From NCBI GenBank assembly GCA_964234715.1, contig OZ174275.1: DNA of 64,000 nucleotides; one strand, given 5' to 3'. Of this stretch, positions 39,297-49,710 are shown piece by piece. The first letter of the stretch is position 1, and each line of letters starts with the position of its first letter. The stretch is from Podarcis melisellensis (taxonomy: Eukaryota). A program made the translations under genes and the position numbers. Below the pieces are notes generated by a model. The model saw only the letters and a list, made by a program, of their open reading frames with translations, had not been told where the DNA came from and ran no database searches.

Positions 39297-39828
39297 TATT
39301 CACAATACCCCAATTTGGTTAACTTAAGAAGGGTCTGTCAGATCAGGCCAAAGGCTCAACTAGACATGCACCCAACTAGACCAGATGCCCTGGGGAAGCC
39401 CTCAAGTAGAACTGCAGTCCAGCACTCTCCCCACCTAATATTCCCAGCAACTGGTATTCAGAGGCATTATGCTTCCCACAGTGAAGGTACTGTGTATATT
39501 GGTGGTGGCAAGGGATATAATTTGATATTGCATGCTTGATCATTCGGCTTTCATGCAATCTCAAGTCCCTCCCAGTTTGCTACAGTTTTGGTTTTCATTT
39601 TTTGTTCGGTTTGCCATTCTTCGTCAGCAGTAGCATTCATAATACATTTTGAAATGTTTGAGCCAATTTATGCAACAAGGTGCCCACTTACAAAAGTGAT
39701 TGGGTTGTATAACCTTACTTACATGACTCACATCAGATGTGTATGTATAGTGTGAATAAGCAGAATGCTGCTCTCAGGATTTGTCCTTTCTTCCCCCCAC
39801 CCCCAATCTGCAGTTCAGATGTGTATTT

Positions 39829-39873
39829 ATGTGTGTGTGTGACACACACACACACACAGACACACACACACAC
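39829..39873. repeat. (TG)n directly followed by (CA)n
   Basis: Inverted dinucleotide microsatellites. Confidence 0.9.
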
Positions 39874-42800
39874 CAAACAAATCACTTATCAAGGGTAATT
39901 TTGGGCAAAGGGGATATGTTTGTGTGATTCTCTATGTTTCCTGCTTTGGGTTCAATGCAGCACTTGCTATAGCTGTTGGAGGTAGTGTAGACACCTTAGT
40001 TCATTAGAGCTAGCTGACTTTAGAAAGGATATTGCTTGTTTAAAATGAAGCTAATTACTTATCTACGTTTTGGGAAAGGACACTGTAATCCCATAAACGC
40101 TTGCGGGATAGCATTCAGTGTGCACTTGCTTCAAAAGCGGAATGAAATAGCAAATTCTGTGATATTTTGTTAGTACTCTTGAAAACGTTATGCACGACTT
40201 TAGTGGAGACTTGGACTTTTTGGAAGCTCTGTCCCATCTAGGAAAGAATTGGCAATTTTAATGGATAAGTAGGAGTATTATGTGCTTCTAAAACTGTCTT
40301 AGGAGAAGAGAGGAAAGGAGAGGGGTTAGGCTCTTTCTAGCTCTTGTGAAAACCAAACAAATCCTCATCTGTATGATTTTGGTACATGATGCTTTCGCTT
40401 TGGCCTGTACAAAATGCAGCTATCAGAGCCAGTGCTAGGCTGTGCTAAAACTTAGACCTTCTAAGTCAGTGGCCCTGAGGTGTAGCTTAAAGTTCAACAA
40501 CCAGGTGGCAATAAGCTCTCCTGACCAGGCAAAGACAGACATATTTCATAAGGCCTTGCCAGCCACAAGGCCTCATGTTTCCAGCCAATGTTAGCTGGCC
40601 AGTGTCGCCCAAGTCTGTTCCATTCTGTACCTGAGGAAGAGTCCTTAGGCTTGAGAACACAGTCTAAGGTACCACTCACACTAGGTCAGGCCAAAAACCA
40701 CGAGGCTTAAACTCTGGAATCCTTGTGATATATCACACTGTGTCTGGTGCCCTTCTGTTAAAAACACACACAAATAAATCACACTATTAAGTGAAAGGTA
40801 ATGAAAACCAAACATCTTGTCACCTAGTAAGTTCTTTTGTGCAGCACCTCATAGCACAAAGTTAATTAAAGCGTCTATACCGAGGGTAGGGGGGGAAACG
40901 GGAATGTTCCATTTGGTAAATTTAGAAACAGCTGGTTAGTTTTACCCATTACTTTTGTGCAGAACATCAGTTGAGCTCATTCAACTCTCTCTCTCTTTTT
41001 TATGAAGCTGTCCTTCCTATGCTACCTGATAGCTACTAATTGCAGCAACTACATTTCTGAATTGCAAATTTTCTGCACTGATAAAAACTTTGATTGCCTG
41101 TCAGCTACACATAAGGAAAAGATCACCAGTGCTAAATGAGGTGTTCCACGCTTGGATAATAATGCCTAATGAATTATTCAGAAAAGAATGCTTGAATGAA
41201 GCAAACAATTTGAAGGGTTACTAGCAGCCGTAACAGTTCAACAGCCAAAAGAACAAAAGTATCATCCTGAAAATTACACTAATGATTAAAAAATGCGTAT
41301 TAATTTTACATTTGGAGAAAAAAGAAATGCCAATCTGATTTTAAAGGTTAATCATTATTTTTTCCAGTAATGCTCTAATCTCTGGGAAAAAAACCATTTA
41401 CCAACATTTTGGGATGTATAATATTATGACATAATATATTCATATAATTTCCCCACACATTAAGAGAAAGGGGTAAAAATAAAAAAGCCTCATGAGGAAA
41501 AGAGAATCTGGAAACCACTGGGTGCACTAATGCATGTTAAAAATGAATGGAAGATGCTCTGCTGTCTTCAGCGGAGCTTGACATAAACCTTGGAGAAAGT
41601 TCAGCACTGTTGGACTAAATGCTGGTAGCCCAATGGATGTCTCGGTAGTAACCATTTGAAGTATCACACGGCTGATGACCATTCCTCTTGTGTTCTTATC
41701 CTTGGAGCAATTTCAGTTTTACCCCAGTGTAAATGAGAATCAGGATTTGGCCACCTTGGTATACTGCCTGAAAATATGTCGTAGCAGGGCTCAGAGGGAA
41801 CGGCATGAATATAATTAAGAAAGAAATTATATTTATGTGATTAAACACGTTCAGATCACTGCCATAATTAGTCACTCTTTTCAAGGCAGATCCTGAATTT
41901 ATCTTTTTAAAAAACGTAGGAGCTGCTGATGGTAATGGCATGCTCCTGGCTAGAAATAACAAAATGAGAAGAGGAAAGAAAGAACCCTCTATAAAGCAGC
42001 GGAAGTTCACAAATGTCCAATGCTGACACATTTACAGCTTTCATAAAACATATATTTCCACTGCCCAAAGTGCTAATTTGTTTTGACAAATGTTTTGGAG
42101 TTGCCAAATAACTGAGACAAAAACTCCAATGGAATCTCTAGTCAAATAGTTTAATTAAAAATATGCTTTCAAAAACTGTCCCTCCTCTGTTAATTTCTTT
42201 CATTTTTTTATGTGTCTAAAAAAAACCATTAAGCTTGAAGTTCTGCAAAATACACCCCCTAAATGATAATTAAATGATAACATTCCTAAGGGCTTGAGGA
42301 GGAAGAGCAGAATTTGGAAGTAGGATTTATTAAATGAAAGCTCACTGCTGAGATTTTACAGCTGGGGAGACTTTTGGTATTAGTCACCAATTAGGGATTT
42401 TATTATAAAGATGTTGAATGTCAAGATAACACTTCTTCTATCTGGCAGTGACACTGAATGGTGGGTAGAAGAAATGACTTCAGGAAAGCAGAGCTGACCA
42501 TCTGCTTAGGTTTGCTCACTCACTGATGATTAATCCTCTCCCTCAAGGACAGTGTCTTCATGTGTTTCCCTTGCTGTCTTTTCAATGTCACAAAGAGAAG
42601 CTGATAAGCACATTCAAGTCACAATTAAACACACACAAACACACACACACACCACAAACATTTTAACTGACCAGTCGGCACCGATGATACTATTGGACAG
42701 TTTTAGTCATGGTTGTAGCAGTGTATTTAGTGGTGTTGACATGAAGCAAAAGAGGCTGTTTCTTTTCAAACAGGCCTCCTACCTTTTTGCGATGTTTCTC

Positions 42801-42963
42801 AGGTGACATTTAAGTTCACCTCAGTGCCTGTGTAAACAAGCCATTTGTAAATGGAAGAACGCAGTTCTAGCGGAAGGCCGGGATGCCTGGAAAGAAGGGA
42901 TCAGCATCCTGAGGGGAAGCAGATCCCAAAGGGATCCCAGACGTATTTGTCTGGGATAGAATA

Positions 42964-43227
42964 CAGTGGTGCCTCACAAGACGAAATTAATTCGTTCCGC
43001 GAGTCTTTTCGTCTTGCGATGTTTTTCGTCTTTCGAAGCACGGTCCGTCGCAACTGTGCCTCTTCAAGCGGCTTTAGGAAAAAAGCGAACAAACTCGCAA
43101 GACGTTTTCGTCTTGCGAAGCAAGCCCATAGGGAAATTCGTCTTGCGAAGTGACACAAAAACCGAAAAACCCTTTCGTCTTGTGCATTTTTCGTTTTGCG
43201 AGGCATTCGTCTTGCGGGGCACCACTG
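42964..43227. mobile_element. Tc1/mariner (Tigger-like) MITE, CpG-rich
   Basis: TIRs CAGTGGTGCCTCACAAGACGAA / TTCGTCTTGCGGGGCACCACTG; TA TSD. Confidence 0.9.
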
Positions 43228-43394
43228 TATAATTCATCTTGATTTTTTAAAAATTAATTACATGCATATCTCATCCTTTCTCCCAAAGGACTTTCTTGTG
43301 AAATATTAGAAATGTTTAGGAATTACTTTGTTTTGCTAGCTTTGGGCTAGTCTGTGTATCAGAAAAAGTACCCCCCCCCAAAAAAAGGGAGATA

Positions 43395-43532
43395 CAGTGT
43401 GGTATGCTGGATTCTGACTGGTTATAGCTCTCCAGAGTTTCAGGCAAGAGTCTTCCCCCAGTCCTAAATAGAAATGCAGAGAATTGGACCTCAGACCTTC
43501 TGCATGCCAGACAGATGATTTGCCTCAGCTTC
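43395..43532 (-). mobile_element. Squam2-like SINE remnant
   Basis: CTCTCCAGAGTTTCAGGC...ACCTTCTGCATGC, shared with the 15305 copy. Confidence 0.5.
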
Positions 43533-43922
43533 TCCCAGGTTAGCTATGAAATTCAGTGGCTGGCCATGGGCCAATCATTACCTTTCAACACAACTCATCT
43601 CCAGTAGGAGTTGGGTGGGGCAGCAGTGCTTACGTAACCTTCTAGCACTGGTGTCACTTCAGTTTTCGAAGAGGGTGAGGGGAAAGGAGTGGTGGTGAGG
43701 TCAGCATGGTGCAGATGCACCAGTAGGAGCACTGGATTAGCTCTGCCAGTGTGTTTGCACCATGCTGACCTCTCTGTCTCGGTAAGTTGCAGTAATGATG
43801 TTGGCAGGAGATCTTTGCTGCATTGTCCTGCTGACTGCTGCAACTGATCTCAGAGGTGTTGTGCGACTACAAAGGGAGATCCCATAAACAACGCCCTCAC
43901 TCCCCTGGAGGATAGCTATAAG

Positions 43923-44097
43923 CAGTGCTTTTTTTCTGGGGGGTACGCAGGGGTACTCATACTCCTAAACATTTTGTGAATCTTTGTACTTTTGTCCATT
44001 CACTGTATTTATTTTTCCCAATTTGAACTATGAAATGATGATTTTCTAGAGTCAAAATGTGAGTACCCGTAAACATTTTTTAAGAAAAAAAGCACTG
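43923..44097. mobile_element. hAT-type MITE
   Basis: TIRs CAGTGCTTTTTTT / AAAAAAAGCACTG; TSD GCTA(T/C)AAG. Confidence 0.85.
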
Positions 44098-44558
44098 GCT
44101 ACAAGTAATAACAACAAAAGATTTAAAAATATTTTGGTAAAGACATTATTATTAGGGCTCTTGTAGTGATTTCTTGTATTACCATTTAAATGTACAACTT
44201 CCTAGCTGTGTGCAGTTGGTGCCCTGAGAGCTTTCAGTCTAGAAAAGACAGCAAGGAAGTGTGAGAGATCAGAGATTGACAAATTAATACCAGGAATGAG
44301 ATAAATAGGGTTTTAATTGTTTAGGGGCATTTGGCTTGGGTGGAATGTTTTAATCTAGTTTTAAAAATATATAATAGTCTTTTAGATTTTTCCCCCATGC
44401 TGGTTTTAATATATGTGCCTGTTTGTTTGTTTGTTTGTTTGCTTGCTTGCCTGAAATATTACAAATTGCCTTGAGTTGCTATGGCAAAAAAGTTTATTGA
44501 CTAATGAAATTTCAAACAAACAAACAGAGTTAGATAGCAATGAAAAAGAGACAGAAGG

Positions 44559-45110
44559 TGAGCCTCTTGGGTTTGCTGATCAGAAGGTTGGCAGTTCGAA
44601 TCCGTGCAACGGAGTGAGCTCCTGTTGCTCTGTCCCAGCTTCTGCCAACCTATCAGTTCAAAAGCATGCAAATGCAAGTACAGTGGTACCTCGGGTTATG
44701 AACTTAATTCATTCCAGAAGTCCGTTCTCAACCCGAATCATTCTTAATCCAAGGTGCACATTCCCTAGATAGGCCTCCCGCAGCCCTGGAGGCGGATTGC
44801 ATTCATATCCCAGGGCAAAGTTCGTTTGTAACGTGAAGCGTTTGTAAGCAGGACTGTTCGTAACCCGAGGTACCACTGTAGATAAATAGGTATCGCTGCA
44901 GCAGGAAGGTAAATGGCATTTCTGTGCACTCTGGTTTCTGTCACGGTGTCCCATTGCGCCAGAAGCAGTTTAGTCATGCTGGTCACATGACCTGGAAAGC
45001 TGTCTGTGGACAAATGCCGGCTCCCTCGGCCTGAAAGTTACATGAGCACCGCACCCGATAGTCACCTTTGACTGGACTTAACCATCCAGGAGTACCTTAC
45101 CTTTACCTTT
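44559..45110 (+). mobile_element. 5'-truncated Sauria SINE split by a nested MITE
   Basis: SINE sequence GCAAGTA|GATAAATAGG is interrupted at its TA; ACCTTT tail at about 45110. Confidence 0.88.
44681..44878. mobile_element. Tc1/mariner (Tigger-like) MITE nested in a SINE
   Basis: TIRs CAGTGGTACCTCGGGTTATGAAC / GTTCGTAACCCGAGGTACCACTG; TA duplicated. Confidence 0.92.
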
Positions 45111-45461
45111 TAACCCTTTTTTAAAATAAAAAAAATTACATGTACACTACAGCCCCCTAAAGAACTCAAGACAACATACATAGTTCTCTTGTTCCAATCC
45201 TCATATTACGCTCACAACAATTCTGTTACCGTGGCTCAGTGATAGTAACTGGCCCAAGGTCACCCAGTGAGAATTTGAAGACAGTCTCTCAATTCCTGGT
45301 CTATGATCTAAAATATACTGGCTCTCAGGCTATGATTAATCCAAAAAACACTTTTCTAAAGGAGGAAGTATGAGGGGCTGCCAATAAAGAGGGTCTGACT
45401 GTTCCAGTGAATTTTTCACTTCTGCACATAGAGCTCTAAAGCTGTAAAGCTTCCCCTAGCA

Positions 45462-45694
45462 CAGGCATGTTCAACTGTGATCTACTCCCAGTATAAAAAA
45501 ACTGGCAGTGATCTACCAAAGGTGGCAACTCAATGGGGGGGGGGAATTTGCCAAGGGTTGTTTAGCTTTTTTTGGGGGGGGGAGGCCAGAGTTGTTGAGC
45601 TTTTTTTGAGTTTTCAGCTTTTTTGGGGGGGGGGGAGGCCAATTCCTATCGTCCCTCAATCTAACTGGAGCAATCTACCCATTGGACATCCCTG
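45462..45694. mobile_element. hAT (Charlie-like) MITE
   Basis: TIRs CAGGCATGTTCAA / TTGGACATCCCTG; perfect TSD CCCTAGCA. Confidence 0.88.
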
Positions 45695-45723
45695 CCCTAG
45701 CATCATCTGTACTGTTGAAATCC

Positions 45724-46651
45724 TTTTTTTTTATAAATATTTATTAAGGTTTTTTAAAAAGAGAATACAATAATAATAAACATTATTGCTTTGTTTTAAC
45801 AAAGTTTCATAATATTCTTGAGCTTCCTCACGTCTCCCGCTCCCATTTACATCTTTAATAATTTTTGTCAAGCAAATTGTCATCTTGTTTCCAAATCTAT
45901 AACCACATGCTTAAATATCAATTCTTAATCTATTTTAATGATGGCCAATTATTTATAACCAAGCATCCTTCTTAGCATTCCACTAAATCGCAATATTTCT
46001 GCAGGTAGGTCTTGAATTTCTTCCAATCTTCTTCAATCCTTTCTTCTCCCAGGTCTCGGATTCTGCCAGTGCTGTTGTTGCGTACATGAAAAATGTTCTA
46101 TCTTTCTTTAACACCTTCTGGTCGACAATGCCCAGAAGAAAGGCCTCTGGTTTCTTGGTAAAGGTATACTTAAACACCTTTTTCAACTCGTTATATATCA
46201 TTTCCCAGAAGGCCTTCACTTTAGGGCAAGTCCACCAGAGGTGAAAGAATGTTCCTTCATTTTCTTTACATTTCCAACATTTGTTATCAGACGAATGGTA
46301 TATTTTGGCAAGTTTAACTGGGGTCATGTACCATCTGCATATCATTTTCATTACATTTTCTTTCAAAGCATTACATGCAGTGAAATTCAACCCAGTGGTC
46401 CACAACCTTTCCCAATCCTCAAACATAATGTTATGCCCAATGTCCTGTGCCCATTTTATCATAGCCGACTTAACCATTTCGTCTTGCGTATTCCATTTCA
46501 GCAGCAAATTATACATTCTTGAAAGTACCTTAGTCTTAGGTTCTAACAGCTCTGTCTCCAACTTCGATTTCTCCACCTGGAATCCTAGCTTTTTATCACT
46601 TTTAAAAATTTCCTTAATCTGAGCGTAATGTAACCAGTCTCGCACTTTATC
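45724..46651 (-). mobile_element. 5'-truncated L1/Tx1-clade LINE (ORF2 C-terminus)
   Basis: 220-aa ORF with zinc knuckle CWKCKENEGTFFHLWWTC; poly(A) tail; 17-bp TSD CTGTACTGTTGAAATCC. Confidence 0.93.
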
Positions 46652-47079
46652 CTGTACTGTTGAAATCCCATTCTAAAGTATTCCTATTGTATGTACATAG
46701 CCTGTCCTTCTAAGTAATTTATACCTCCTTTTATCTCTTGTTTTTGCCCCCATCCTGACTTTTCTTTCTCCACTTACCTAAGGTTGGTTTACCAGTTTGC
46801 TGATTTTCACCTTCTGTTGACAACTTCAGAAATTCATAGAAAACCCTATAAAAACTACACTGAGGTAATTGAGCTTAAATGAGCAATTGAATGGAGAGGG
46901 CTTTGATTGCTTCTCTTATTCTGTTTTTGCTGTTGTATGTTTAATTTTTTACAAACAAACAAACAGATATCTTCGATGGAGGGGGGCAATCCTACAGGAG
47001 TATTTCATAAGAGAAAACAATCTATTTTATCCATGTCAGATGTAAGTGATGACAAATTGTAACAATTATGTATAGAAAC

Positions 47080-47588
47080 AAAATACATCACCCAGTGAAA
47101 AAAAATATATAGGAGAGGTTAAATGTTTGGAATGACAAAGCACTTCATGGAAGCATTTGGGTGTAATATGTGTTCAGTGGCTGATTTCTGGCTCTCTCTG
47201 GAGTGAAACTGAGGGCTTCCCTGTATCTATACAGGATCAAGTAATAAGGACGAATATCTATCGGAAGCCTATAATGAGGGAAAATATCACAGATAAGTGT
47301 AGACTATGTACGAATCCAGGAGAGACCATAAAACATCTACCAGCAGGGTGCCTTACTTTAACTGGCAGACATAATATAGCTGCGGAAATAATGCATCAAC
47401 AAATAGCATATAAAGCAAAGTCAATCGCAAGGAAATTTATCTTATTGGAAACACAAGCCAGAAATAGCATTGCAGAATGTAAAATACAAAATGCATTGGA
47501 ATGACATTATCCTCACTGACAGCACTGTCACTCATAATGGGTTAGAAATATTGTCTGCTGATAAACTAGAAACAGTCATTATTTATAT
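47080..47588 (+). mobile_element. Degraded R4/Dong-clade non-LTR retrotransposon fragment
   Basis: WL..G.L..ETEGF...IQDQVIRT..Y...I......DKCRLC....ETIKHL..GC....RHN motif string. Confidence 0.8.
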
Positions 47589-47951
47589 CAGTGTAGGGAA
47601 CCTGTAGGCTTTCCAGATACTGTTAGACCAGGGGTAGGCAACCTAAGGTCTGAGGGCCGGATGCGGCCCAATCGCCTTCTAAATCTGGCCCACGGATGGT
47701 CCGGGAATCAGCGTGTTTTTACATGAGAAGAATGTGTCCTTTGCATCTCTGGGTTATTTGTGGGGCATAGGAATTCATTCATTCCCCCACCCCAAATATA
47801 GTCAGGCCGTCTGAGGGACGGTAGACCAGCCCACAGCTGAAAAAGGTTGCTGACCCCTGTGTTTGACTATAATTCCCATTGGATATGCTGGCTGGGGCTG
47901 ATGGGAATTTTAGTTCAATCACATTTGGAGGACCACAAGTTCCTAACCCCA
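47589..47951. mobile_element. Small palindromic hAT-type MITE (18885 family) hosting a nested MITE
   Basis: GGGAACCTGTAGGCTTTCCAGAT...TTTGGAGGACCACAAGTTCC arms surround the 47629 insertion. Confidence 0.75.
47629..47859 (+). mobile_element. hAT (Charlie-like) MITE, nested
   Basis: TIRs CAGGGGTAGGCAACCT / AGGTTGCTGACCCCTG; TSD TGTT(A/T)GAC. Confidence 0.9.
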
Positions 47952-49149
47952 GATTTACACATATGAGTACTTCTTAAAACCTTGTTGTTGTTGGCACCCA
48001 TCTGTCTCAAGAGACGATGGAGTGCACCTCTCAGGGTGAAGTCAAGTCACTGGAGAATCACAGCACCTGCTGGGCTGACAGCTGATAGCTTCTAGGAGCC
48101 ACTGATAAGAACTTGGTGCAGGGACCAAAGCACGACATGTTCACCACCAGAGGTGTTACCCCTCCCCAAACATCCTCAGACATATGTAAAATTAGCTAGT
48201 GAAATTGAAGACATGCTCTTTGAAAGTGTTCTGGAAAACCTTAAAGATGAAGAAGTTTGTTGTGGGCAGATCTTTTGAAGATCAGAATGATAACAGCGGC
48301 AAAAGCAAAAGTTAAAAGAAAAGAATGGGAGAATGGATGGAAACAAAAATTAATGGGATATAACAAATGTATACAGAACTTTCAATTAAACCAATTAGGT
48401 CATAAAAACAATGAATAACAAAATGGGGGAGGCAGAAATCTGGCTACTATTTTATTTTCTCAGAACACTTGGGATGTTCACTCTCTGCCCTTGGGCCGGT
48501 CATTCTCTCTCAGCTTAGCCTACCTCACAGGGTTGTGAAGAGGATAACATAGGGAGGAGGGAACCCATGAATGACATCTTGGAGGAAAGGTGGAGTGGAT
48601 ATAAACGTGACACTGATAAATAAGGAATATTGCTCAAACTAGCCACACCATTCAACTTGCTAGTTACAGAGAATGTTCTTTGAGGTGTGGCTTTCAAGAA
48701 AACAGCTCTGTGTATGCTCAGACCGCCCTTCAAGGCAACCCAATACTGAGGCTCCTGGCCAGCCCTCATGGAAAAGGTGCCTTCAGAACAGGGGTTGGAG
48801 AAGAGGCAGTCTCCCTATAATTCATATGTCAGTTACATGGCTTTTCTGCCCAGAGACACATGGAGGGGGGACCTCTGCCATAGCTATACTTTTGGATAAG
48901 GGATGGCTGAATGCTAGAGACCTGGCTGGCCAGAGAACAGTAGATTGACAGACATATTTGCTTAGCTTCTCTGAGTTCAAACAGAAGATAAAATGTATGT
49001 GGGGCAGGAAAGTGTGTGGTTTTTGGAGGCAATCTTTTTTTTTTAATGCTTCACATTATTTTTGGGAGGGCTGTGCCCCATTACTCCTAGAAGAGCTGTC
49101 TGCACTGTGCAGTTGTGGTTTGGAAGCCCCAGAATCAGTTTAATAATTG

Positions 49150-49710
49150 CCTGTTCATTGCTTGGCCCTTTAGGACTGAGATCTATTCCACACACTCTTT
49201 TGTCAAAGCTTTCTTGGGTCATATTCTATTGCAGTAATTTCATACTTGCCATACCGAACACAATGTGCATTATTTCACATTTCTGTGTAATAAATGTAAT
49301 TTGCCATGTGTCAGCTCAATTATGAAGCTGACCTAAGTTGTGATGAATATTTCTTGCCACTCATTCTGTGCTTCACAATTTGGTATCATCAGCAAATCCA
49401 GCAAGGGATGCAGTTGCTCCTTGCATTTAGGTAGGAATAAAAGGTAGGAATAACACGAACCTTGTGAATCATTTCTGATTTCTTCCCTTCCAGGCCATGA
49501 AGGATTAATTTAAGAAGAGGCATAGTTTTTTGTTTGTTTGTTTGCATATCAAAATCATCCTCTTTCCCCAATTGCTTTTGATTCATTTTTTGAAACAGCC
49601 TGTCATGGAGATTTTTATCAGAGCGTTTCTGGAACTCTAGATAAAAAATGTCATATCCATTGTAATTATCTACTTGATAGCATTTAAGCTCATTAAAAGA
49701 GGTCAATTAG
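49150..49710 (-). mobile_element. Old CR1 reverse-transcriptase remnants
   Basis: VDNYNGYDIFYLEFQKRSDKNLHDRL resembles the CR1 motif VDxGxxVDVIYLDFxKAFDKVPHxRL. Confidence 0.55.

Noticed and set aside
45983-46645. Longest ORF (220 aa) as a host or domesticated gene
   Set aside because: 5'-truncated L1 ORF2 bounded by a TSD and poly(A), with a frameshifting deletion
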